Source: an uncultured archaeon (lineage in GTDB: Archaea; Asgardarchaeota; Lokiarchaeia; Sigyniarchaeales; SOKP01). Taken from it: 64,000 nt of DNA. Each line of letters starts with the position of its first letter. Within the stretch, counting starts at the first letter, position 1. The DNA lies in NCBI GenBank assembly GCA_964632315.1, contig CAZWEM010000006.1:1-64000 (forward strand), written 5' to 3'. Positions 10,728-19,117 of this stretch are shown here, piece after piece. The notes beneath the pieces are model-generated. The model was not told the origin of the DNA. It saw only the letters and a program-made list of their open reading frames with translations, and ran no database searches. Both the position numbers and the translations under genes were made by a program.

Positions 10728-12020
10728 TTATTCTATTATTTCTGGAATTACGAATTCTTCTTCGGATTGCATGTTTGATTCCTCTGCAATAAGATCATAA
10801 TTCACGTGTCTGATACTGGTGAAGAAGTATAGTATGACCAATACTACTACCCCAAGAATCCCACATATGAAGAATAGATTTGCAACACCAAGGAATTCTC
10901 CTAAGGGTCCAGCTATTAGGGCTCCTACAGGGGTAATTACCATTGAAAACGTGCTGTCAATAGAACCGACTCTTCCAAGCTTTTCATGAGGTACTATGGT
11001 TTGTTGTATGGTTTGATAAAGCGTGTTCACGATCGGTAGCATGAATCCCATGATATATGCCATTACCATCATATATAAGAATGCTCTATAAGGAGCCAAT
11101 GCCAACATAGAATAAGCGATCATTACGATTATCAACACGCTGAAAGTTACCTTGATCTTCTTCTTCCATTTCTTTTTTAAGGTAGTGAGTAATGCTCCAC
11201 TGATGATCCCTCCCTGAAAGCCCACGGACATTAGAGCATATTCAAAGGCAGTAGCATCATGCAACACTGCTGCAAAGTATGGTAGTAAAGTACTTAATGG
11301 TTGGATCAAGAAATTCAAGAGCATGGCCATTATCATTAGGATGATGAAACCAGGAATGGTTTTTAACGTCTTGAATCCGTCACTAAATTCTTCTATAAAT
11401 CCGCTGTGATCTTCAACTTGATCTTGTTTAAACCTTACTAAGGGAATAGTGATAAAGACAAGAGGAACAAATGCAATAATAAAAGTAATCACATCAACCC
11501 ATAATGCTTGCGAAACGGTCATGAATACCAATAAAATGGCTGCTAACATTGGACCAATAATCTGCATGACTCCATTGAATAAGAAATTTAATCCATTAAC
11601 TCTAGTCAATTTCTCTTTAGGAACCATGGTCGGCACTACAGCGTTAACAGTGGGCTGATGGAATGCTTGAAAAGCACTTCGAAGAGCAATGAACAAGAAA
11701 ATGATCCAAACATTAGAAAATCCCATTGCTAAAAATATAATTAACGCCAAGGTTGTTATTGCTTGTAATGAATCTGCTAGCATTATAATGATCTTACGAC
11801 TGTGCCTGTCAGAAAAAACGCCTGCAAGGGGCATCAGAACGACCATGGGAAAAATGTAGAAAAAGTTTGCCAGAGCTAACACCATGGGGCTCCCAGTCGT
11901 GAGCGTCAAGTACCACATTATAACAAATTGAACGACCATTGAACCGAGCAGAGAAAATGTCTGCCCGGCCCAAAAGGTCATGTATTGTCGAAAACTATTC
12001 TTGGTAGGAATGATTTCCAT
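10728..12020 (-). CDS. MFS transporter (DHA3/MefA-like)
   Basis: WAGQTFSLLGS, AGVFSDRHSRK, LGRVGSID; paralog of its neighbours. Confidence 0.92.
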   Translation of the reverse strand: MEIIPTKNSFRQYMTFWAGQTFSLLGSMVVQFVIMWYLTLTTGSPMVLALANFFYIFPMVVLMPLAGVFSDRHSRKIIIMLADSLQAITTLALIIFLAMGFSNVWIIFLFIALRSAFQAFHQPTVNAVVPTMVPKEKLTRVNGLNFLFNGVMQIIGPMLAAILLVFMTVSQALWVDVITFIIAFVPLVFITIPLVRFKQDQVEDHSGFIEEFSDGFKTLKTIPGFIILMIMAMLLNFLIQPLSTLLPYFAAVLHDATAFEYALMSVGFQGGIISGALLTTLKKKWKKKIKVTFSVLIIVMIAYSMLALAPYRAFLYMMVMAYIMGFMLPIVNTLYQTIQQTIVPHEKLGRVGSIDSTFSMVITPVGALIAGPLGEFLGVANLFFICGILGVVVLVILYFFTSIRHVNYDLIAEESNMQSEEEFVIPEIIE

Positions 12021-12032
12021 TGCTCTGATCCC

Positions 12033-12944
12033 TCACAACCTATCTATTAATTTAAAAAGTACATTTAACACGTCGTCTATCTCCCCAGTGTACTTGAAAA
12101 TACCTTCCTCCAAGTCTCCATCAATACCCTCCGCTGCGAGCTCATAGATCATGTTTTCTGCGAACTCTTCTGATTTGTTTAATGCTTGAGCGAGTTTATC
12201 AATTGGGATGCTTTTGTGAAGCTTGATCAACCCTGTTATGCGCTTTTTAATTCTTTCCTTATCCTCTGCTGAGGATGGTTGAAGTACATCCGAGACGACT
12301 ACTTTCCCTCGCTTCTTGCCAAGATTTATAGATCCATCGATTCCAGCTTTTTTCAAGGATTGTTCGATTCGATCTCCTATATCCTCTATCCCTGTTTCTT
12401 CAACCGTTCTTTCTATGATATCTCCCAATTTTTCCAGCTTTGCAACATCTCCAATATTCTCTTTAACAAATTGCATCGACTTGCGGACTAACTCCGATAC
12501 TGAAGATCCTAATTTTTCCGACCATTCGCGCCATTCATCACTCATTTCAGGATCCACGTAGATATTGATCCTTTTCGCCTTTTCTTGCGCTTTCTTAGCA
12601 CGATGCTTAGATTCTGCAGCTCGACTTTTTAATTCAGCTATTCTTTCTTCAAGATCCGCAATTTTATCCATGTCTCGCTCGTAACGTTCTTTTTCTTTCT
12701 CAATGACTCTTTCTAACTTTTCTAAATATTTCTGTCGCTTGGCTTCGATTTTCTCGTTCATATCATCCGTTCTTGACTGAATCTCTTCTAAATATTCCCT
12801 ACGTAATTCCTCCATTTCATCATCATTATATTCATCTGAGGTTGGTGCAGTTTGTGGTCTTGGTGGCATAGGAGGCTCTGGAGGTGATTGTTCACCTCTA
12901 TTTTCATTTTCTTCTTCCCAATTTTCTTCTTTTTTATCTGACAT
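12033..12944 (-). CDS. Coiled-coil protein with ribbon-helix-helix-like and C-terminal PCI/winged-helix-like domains; putative regulator
   Basis: RINIYV..EW.EW...LGSSVSELVRKSM (RHH pattern); SIPIDKLAQALN....AENMIYEL...GIDG (PCI-type WH pattern); long E/K/R coil. Confidence 0.6.
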   Translation of the reverse strand: MSDKKEENWEEENENRGEQSPPEPPMPPRPQTAPTSDEYNDDEMEELRREYLEEIQSRTDDMNEKIEAKRQKYLEKLERVIEKEKERYERDMDKIADLEERIAELKSRAAESKHRAKKAQEKAKRINIYVDPEMSDEWREWSEKLGSSVSELVRKSMQFVKENIGDVAKLEKLGDIIERTVEETGIEDIGDRIEQSLKKAGIDGSINLGKKRGKVVVSDVLQPSSAEDKERIKKRITGLIKLHKSIPIDKLAQALNKSEEFAENMIYELAAEGIDGDLEEGIFKYTGEIDDVLNVLFKLIDRL

Positions 12945-13430
12945 TTTTCATCTCACTTTTTTATGCAATTCATATTTTTCAACTCTTATAAAAAACCTTC
13001 AAATTTCAATCCTATTCTCATTTTTCAGTTGATTTAAAAAAATTAGATTTTAACGCGTGCATCTGGATACGTGCGCGTCATATATCATTTTGGACTTCAT
13101 ATCCTCAAACTCATTTCCTCTTTTCATCTTTCCCACTTCCAATCCTGTAATTTTTATCTCATCCATTATTTTTCTCTTCCTTTTTTCTCAAATCTGTATC
13201 TTTTCTCTTTTTTTTATTTTTTAATAATATTTATCATGAATTTCTCAAAAAATTTGGAAATATATTTAATTATTTAATGGTTCATGCTTCCGAGGTCTGT
13301 CATGTTGAGCGTAATGGAGTCCCTCACTCTCTCAATATTAGATCTCCCATGGAAACACCTCTTACAATCCTCCAAACTGTTTGTAATGGTCATTTTTTAC
13401 TATCATTTTTTTTGTTTTTTTGTGGACTTG

Positions 13431-13470
13431 TGTATCCACATATAGTGTGTATACATACCAATATTTAAAT
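13431..13470 (-). promoter_or_regulatory. Inverted repeat (putative operator) next to a minus-strand TATA box
   Basis: TGTATCCACA-N5-TGTGTATACA at 13431-13455 (9/10 match); TTTAAATA on the minus strand at 13462-13469. Confidence 0.5.
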
Positions 13471-13993
13471 GTTGTTATTTCAGTTGAAGTCATTTTTTAA
13501 AGAAAATCTATATCTGAGGGTTCTTCTGGCTCTAAAAAGGAATTAAAATTTCTTTATCTTTATTAAAAATGTTTTTGACTACACACTTTTTAGGAATTAG
13601 TAATTTACAAATAAATGAAATTCGAACTAAATTTAAAGTAAAGTGTCATCAGCTAGCTAATTACCTTTTAAATAAGGAATTGGGATAGAAGACTTCAAAA
13701 ATTTTATTTTATTTATGCATGATGAATTCTTTCGTATTAAAGAATAAATAATACTGGATTTTGTTGCAGATTTAAAGGCCGTTTCTTTGGTCACCATTTT
13801 AATTTTAGTTGTAGCATACGGTATCGCTCACTATTCCGGATTTTTCTAGTTAAAAGAAAAGAAAATTGATCATTAATCTCAAATCGATTTCTACATAAAT
13901 GCAGGACTTATTACTAAATAAAAGATAAATTAAAATAGTCTATCTTTGATTATTGAGGTAATGTATGTTATGAAATTTTTTTGAGGATTTACC

Positions 13994-14368
13994 TTGAAGA
14001 ATGTATATGTTATTGAAGATAATGAGAAAAACATGAAATTGTTTAGAGCCATACTAAAACTTATTCCTGATTTAGAAATATATGAAGAGTCGAAAGGTAA
14101 CTTAGGTTTAGAATTAATTAAGTCAGGGGAACCAGATCTTATAATTTTAGACATCCAATTACCAGAAATGAATGGAATTGAGATTTGTAGTGAGCTAAGA
14201 AAGTTAGATAAGTTTAAAGATACTCCAATTATTGCAGTTACCTCTTTCGCAATGAAAGGAGATAAAGAAAGAATACTAAAAGCGGGATTTAATCAATATG
14301 TTTCTAAGCCAATTAAAGTAAAAGAATTCAGAGAAATTGTAAAACGCTACTTAAATCTCATGGATTAA
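13994..14368 (+). CDS. Single-domain response regulator (CheY/DivK-like receiver)
   Basis: IEDN, PDLIILDIQLPEMNG (phospho-Asp), IIAVTS, YVSKP. Confidence 0.95.
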   Translation: MKNVYVIEDNEKNMKLFRAILKLIPDLEIYEESKGNLGLELIKSGEPDLIILDIQLPEMNGIEICSELRKLDKFKDTPIIAVTSFAMKGDKERILKAGFNQYVSKPIKVKEFREIVKRYLNLMD

Positions 14369-14539
14369 GTTAATAGAGATATCGATATTTGCTCAATTCT
14401 TAACTTATTGAAAATTCATTCTAAATCTAACTAATAAAAGTGCAATGAGTTTATACATAGAGATTCTAAAAGTTAAATTTTTATTAAGAATTCAATTCCA
14501 TCTTAACTTAAAGTATTGAAAGTGAGTAACTAATGATCA

Positions 14540-16027
14540 TCAATGCGAAATTAGTCCTCTTTGTTTGAAAATATCTTTCAATTCGGAGATTACTTGAGAT
14601 CTTATATTATCCTTAGTCATTTTGTTATATACTAATTTTGGTGGCGGTGGTGGTGGTTTTAGATCTTCAAGAGAAAAAAAATTCTTTTTCGGAGCCATTG
14701 GAGGTTTCGGATGTTCACTGGGGGATTCAATTGATTTTGCTTCCACTATGGAATTTCCAATAGGTTCTAGAGCACTTTTGATTTTGTTTATTGTTTCTTT
14801 ATCCATTTTTTCACTCGCAATTTTTTCTTGAGAGGATGGAATTGGTAATTCATTTAGTCTTTTTGGAGGACCATTTCCTTTGAATTGTTTTGATCGTTTT
14901 ATATCACCATCTGATTTAGATTTTTTCTTTCCTTTCATCTGTTTATCTGAAGTTTGAGTAGAAGAACTTATATATTCTAAGGGGACTTTCTCAAATGGTA
15001 CTGAAAAAAGTGATTGGGAGATATCTGAAGGTGCTAACCTCTGAAGTAATCTTTTTACTTCCGATAATTCTGTAGCGACTTTATCCATTAATTTAAGATT
15101 GATATCCAATATTTTTTGGAGTTTCGATTCAATTTCAGGTATAAGTATATTTTCATGATTTTCTTTTGCGAAGATATTTTTTATACTCCTTGTTATTTCG
15201 GGTTCACTAGAATAAAAATTAAAAATGCTTGTTGGAATTATCTCAAAATTCCATGATTTTGAGCTATTCATTAAAACGTTACTTATCTTATCAGTTAGAT
15301 ACTCAACTCTTATTTGATAATCGGGATCACTAACTATGTCGGAATCTGCTTTATTTAGTAAAATTTCAATATACGGATTTTCTTCTAAGAAAGTTAAAAT
15401 ATCTACAATATCTTGAAAATACTGAAGCGCATCCTCGTATCTTAAATCATCTTGAGAATCAAATACGAAAATTAGCACATCAAGATGTACGAAAAAATTC
15501 TCTGGAGTAGACAAATATTCTTCAATGTGATCTTTCTGACCTCCTAAATCCCATAACACCAAATCTAGCTTCTCAGATTGAAATTCTTCTACATTAGATC
15601 CGATAGTTGGTTCTAAGTTGATCATATCATTATAATTATAATCGTTAAATAGTCTATTTATTAATGAAGTCTTTCCAGCATAATCTAATCCTGCAAACAC
15701 GACTTTCATTTTTGGTTTCTTTAAATAAATACTCCTCTTATTCCAAGCGTTAGCAATAAGATATGAACTGATTAATGCTCCTTTAAATACTTGTTCTTCG
15801 ATAAATGCCTTTTTACTTAATTTTTTATATTCGGAAGCTTTTATCGTTGAGAGATCTCGTATTGTTTCAATTTTTAGCTTTTTAAACTTTATTAAATTTT
15901 CCTCAGAAACACCCTTTAGGATGTTAACATCCAAATCTAATATAGCTTTTAGGCTAGTAGGATAATATTCAATCTTAAGAAATCGATCACTAAAAAATTT
16001 TATCAATCTTTTGGCTGATTCAGACAT
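14540..16027 (-). CDS. Multidomain Arf-like small GTPase: HhH-like N-terminus, G domain, coiled coil, polyproline C-terminus
   Basis: GLDYAGKT, EPTIG, WDLGGQ, NKAD, PTSI; LKGV....KFKKLKIETIRDL; PPPPPP near the C-terminus. Confidence 0.88.
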   Translation of the reverse strand: MSESAKRLIKFFSDRFLKIEYYPTSLKAILDLDVNILKGVSEENLIKFKKLKIETIRDLSTIKASEYKKLSKKAFIEEQVFKGALISSYLIANAWNKRSIYLKKPKMKVVFAGLDYAGKTSLINRLFNDYNYNDMINLEPTIGSNVEEFQSEKLDLVLWDLGGQKDHIEEYLSTPENFFVHLDVLIFVFDSQDDLRYEDALQYFQDIVDILTFLEENPYIEILLNKADSDIVSDPDYQIRVEYLTDKISNVLMNSSKSWNFEIIPTSIFNFYSSEPEITRSIKNIFAKENHENILIPEIESKLQKILDINLKLMDKVATELSEVKRLLQRLAPSDISQSLFSVPFEKVPLEYISSSTQTSDKQMKGKKKSKSDGDIKRSKQFKGNGPPKRLNELPIPSSQEKIASEKMDKETINKIKSALEPIGNSIVEAKSIESPSEHPKPPMAPKKNFFSLEDLKPPPPPPKLVYNKMTKDNIRSQVISELKDIFKQRGLISH

Positions 16028-16226
16028 ATTATTGATATATAGCTCAAAAATTTAAACTTTTACACAAATAGTATTTTTGTACTCAAGAATATCTAAGAAA
16101 GCTTTTATTTTTGTAATAAAAATATAATTCTGATAACAGATATAATTATAAGGAAGTTTTTTTATATTTCTTATAAGTTTGTGTACATAAAAGATAAAAC
16201 AATCATTTTTTAGGTATTAAGTAAAT

Positions 16227-16877
16227 ATGCAAATTTCAAATTCAACTGAGTTAGAGGTTGAAAAATCAAAAGGTTTTAAAATGACCTTAGAAAAAAATCC
16301 ATTTATATTAATAATTGGCAAATATGATCACACACTTGGTCCACGATCTTTGTTCACCTCTATTCCATTAAATGGAGATAATTTCATAAGAAATCTATTA
16401 AGAGACGCCTTAAATACAAAAAATAAGTTTGTTATAATTGATTTTGCGAGATTTTATGCTCAAATTTATAAGATAGAAGTTCCGGATAGTTCAGCAAGAG
16501 GAGGAAAGCAATTATATGCTATAATAATGTTAAGAGATTCAGGTTATCCTTTTATCCCTATTTTACATTTTAAACGAATTGAAATGCTTTTCCATAAAAT
16601 TGACAATAAACAGATTCTCTCTAATAATAAAGCCGCATTTAATCATTTTTATAATGAAATCAATGAGATCTACCAAAAAAAAGGTGAAATTCTTCCTGTA
16701 GAATCCGTAAATCTTCAAATCCGAAGTGGAGTGAATACAATTCAAGGGTTTTGTGAGATAATACTAGAAAACCTAAAAAAAGATGATTACTCAAAAGAAG
16801 AAACTATTACTCATATTGAAATGATGCTTGATTCATGCAGTGATATTATAGACGCTCTGGAAATTAATTGCTCTTAA
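16227..16877 (+). CDS. Folliculin/SMCR8-like longin (uDENN) domain fused to a degenerate HisKA (DHp) domain
   Basis: YDHTLGPRSLF and VPDSSARGGKQLYAI. The C-terminal NLQIRSGVNTIQGFCEIILE aligns with SHELRTPLNAIIGFADLLLE of the adjacent kinase. Confidence 0.7.
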   Translation: MQISNSTELEVEKSKGFKMTLEKNPFILIIGKYDHTLGPRSLFTSIPLNGDNFIRNLLRDALNTKNKFVIIDFARFYAQIYKIEVPDSSARGGKQLYAIIMLRDSGYPFIPILHFKRIEMLFHKIDNKQILSNNKAAFNHFYNEINEIYQKKGEILPVESVNLQIRSGVNTIQGFCEIILENLKKDDYSKEETITHIEMMLDSCSDIIDALEINCS

Positions 16878-16918
16878 AAGAATATTTAATTAAAAAAAAC
16901 AAACATTAGATGTAAAAC

Positions 16919-19102
16919 ATGCCTTTTCTTTTAGAAGAAATAGAAAGAGAATTTGCAATTCAGGCAAGAGAAAAGATTGAAGAAAAAATTAAGGTTATTA
17001 GTGAAATCTTAAAGGATGCTATCGTACAAGTTGATCACAAGGGAAAGATTAACTTCTGTAATCATTCAGCGGAAATATTATTTGGATATTCTAAGCAGAA
17101 ATTGATAGGAACGAAGATATATTCATTAATTTTCAGAGAAAATCATACAAATAATATTAAAAAAAAATTCCTCAACTTTCTCAAAACAGGATACAGCAAT
17201 CTCATTGAGGATTTAAATGACATGTATATCCCAAGCAAAAAAAATCTCAAAATTCCTGTTGAGATTTCGATAAATCTAATAAAAATAGATAAAAAATCTA
17301 ATGCAATTGCAATTATTAGAGATGTGTCTAAAAGAAAAGAAAGCGAAAGAATATTAAATGAAAACCTTAAGTTTCAGAGGCTTATAGCCTCCATTTCCTC
17401 CGGATTCTTAGGAAATGTTGATATAGACGATACGATTATTTCTACTTTTCAAAGAATAGGAAGAGAAGTCGGTGTCAGTCGCGTTTTTATATACTTATAT
17501 AATGATAATAAAAAATTGCTTAAAGTTCCTTACGAATGGTGTGTGAAAGGTGTAAAGCCTCATATTGAGAAGTATATGGAATATTTTACTAATAATAATC
17601 CTTGGGTAATTGATAAATTAATGGATGGTGAAAAGGTAATTGTCAATAATGTTAATGATCTCCCAAAGCAAGCAAACAACTTCAAAACCCATATGATAAC
17701 TTTAGGAACTAAATCAAATATCATACTTCCTTTATACGTTGAAGGAAGAATAGTAGGATTTATTGGTTTTGATGATCATAAAGATTATAGAGAATGGAAT
17801 CAAGAAGAAAAAACCCTTCTTCAAATTACATCTCAGATAATCGGGTTTGTCCTAGAGCGAAAAAATCATCTTGATGAATTAAGAAAATCCGAAGAAAAAT
17901 ATAGAACTATATTAGAAAGTATAAGAGAAGGATACTTTGAAATTGATCTAAATGGCAATTTCACTTTTTTTAATGATGCTTTATGTGATCTTACAGGATA
18001 TTCAAGAGAAGAACTATTTAATTTGAATTATTCGGAATTATGCGACGAGAAAACCAATCGATATCTCGTTAATGAGATCACTAAACTGGTTGAAAGAGAT
18101 GACACATTTACAATTTTAGAATACACTCAAATAAAGAAGGATAAGAGTGAAGTAAATCTCGAATCATCGATTTATTTGATGCATGATTATGAAAATGAGA
18201 TTATTGGAATTAAGGGAATGATAAGAAATATTACTGAAAGGAAAAAATCAGAAGCTCTAAGAAAGCAATTCAATCAAAAATTAGAAGAAGAAGTAAAGAT
18301 AAGAACTAGAGAATTAGAGGATGCAATGAAGAAACAAAAACTCTATTTGGATCAAATTGTAAAAGCATCACAATTTAAAACAGAATTTCTAGCAACAATG
18401 TCTCATGAGTTACGAACTCCATTAAACGCAATAATAGGATTTGCAGATTTATTATTAGAAGGTGTGTATGGCTTCCTTAATGATGATCAAACAGATTTCA
18501 TTATGGATATCAAAAACTCTGCAGAACATCAATTTGAAATGATTTCGAACATATTGGACATTTCAAAAATTGAATCAGGTAACCTTTCATTAAAAAGAGA
18601 GCAAATTGAGCTTTCTCCGATTATAGATCAAGTAATTTCAACAATAAGACCATTATTAAATAGTAAAAATCTGTCAATTCGAGTTAAAGGTTTTAGCGAC
18701 CATAAAACTATTCTTGCTGATAGGATTAAATTGAAGCAGATTTTTTATAATCTTTTAAGTAATGCTGTTAAATTTACCGATAAAGGGACTATTACTATTG
18801 AGATTGTTGAAAATAAAGATAATTGGAAATTTAACGTTATTGATACTGGAATAGGAATAAGAAAGAGTGATTATAACTTGATTTTTAAAGATTTTAAAAG
18901 AGTCGAATCTGATTATGTAAGAAGTAAACAAGGTGCGGGATTAGGCCTATCTCTTACTAAAAGAATTATTGAACTGCACGGAGGTACTATTTCTTTCACA
19001 AGCAAGTATGGTGAAGGCAGTTGTTTTTCATTTTCAATCCCAAGGAAAATAAATCTTTATGATAATTTACAAAATCTAAATGAGTTTTTACTCTCACTAT
19101 GA
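16919..19102 (+). CDS. Cytoplasmic sensor histidine kinase PAS-GAF-PAS-HisKA-HATPase
   Basis: MSHELRTPLNAIIGF, NLLSNAVKFT, DTGIGI, GAGLGL, HGG; PAS and GAF segments; no TM. Confidence 0.95.
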   Translation: MPFLLEEIEREFAIQAREKIEEKIKVISEILKDAIVQVDHKGKINFCNHSAEILFGYSKQKLIGTKIYSLIFRENHTNNIKKKFLNFLKTGYSNLIEDLNDMYIPSKKNLKIPVEISINLIKIDKKSNAIAIIRDVSKRKESERILNENLKFQRLIASISSGFLGNVDIDDTIISTFQRIGREVGVSRVFIYLYNDNKKLLKVPYEWCVKGVKPHIEKYMEYFTNNNPWVIDKLMDGEKVIVNNVNDLPKQANNFKTHMITLGTKSNIILPLYVEGRIVGFIGFDDHKDYREWNQEEKTLLQITSQIIGFVLERKNHLDELRKSEEKYRTILESIREGYFEIDLNGNFTFFNDALCDLTGYSREELFNLNYSELCDEKTNRYLVNEITKLVERDDTFTILEYTQIKKDKSEVNLESSIYLMHDYENEIIGIKGMIRNITERKKSEALRKQFNQKLEEEVKIRTRELEDAMKKQKLYLDQIVKASQFKTEFLATMSHELRTPLNAIIGFADLLLEGVYGFLNDDQTDFIMDIKNSAEHQFEMISNILDISKIESGNLSLKREQIELSPIIDQVISTIRPLLNSKNLSIRVKGFSDHKTILADRIKLKQIFYNLLSNAVKFTDKGTITIEIVENKDNWKFNVIDTGIGIRKSDYNLIFKDFKRVESDYVRSKQGAGLGLSLTKRIIELHGGTISFTSKYGEGSCFSFSIPRKINLYDNLQNLNEFLLSL

Positions 19103-19117
19103 AAAGGTGGAAGTATA

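Noticed and set aside
13071-13468. Plus-strand 68 aa and 63 aa ORFs
   Set aside because: Low-complexity products of pyrimidine-rich DNA; promoter signals point to the minus strand.
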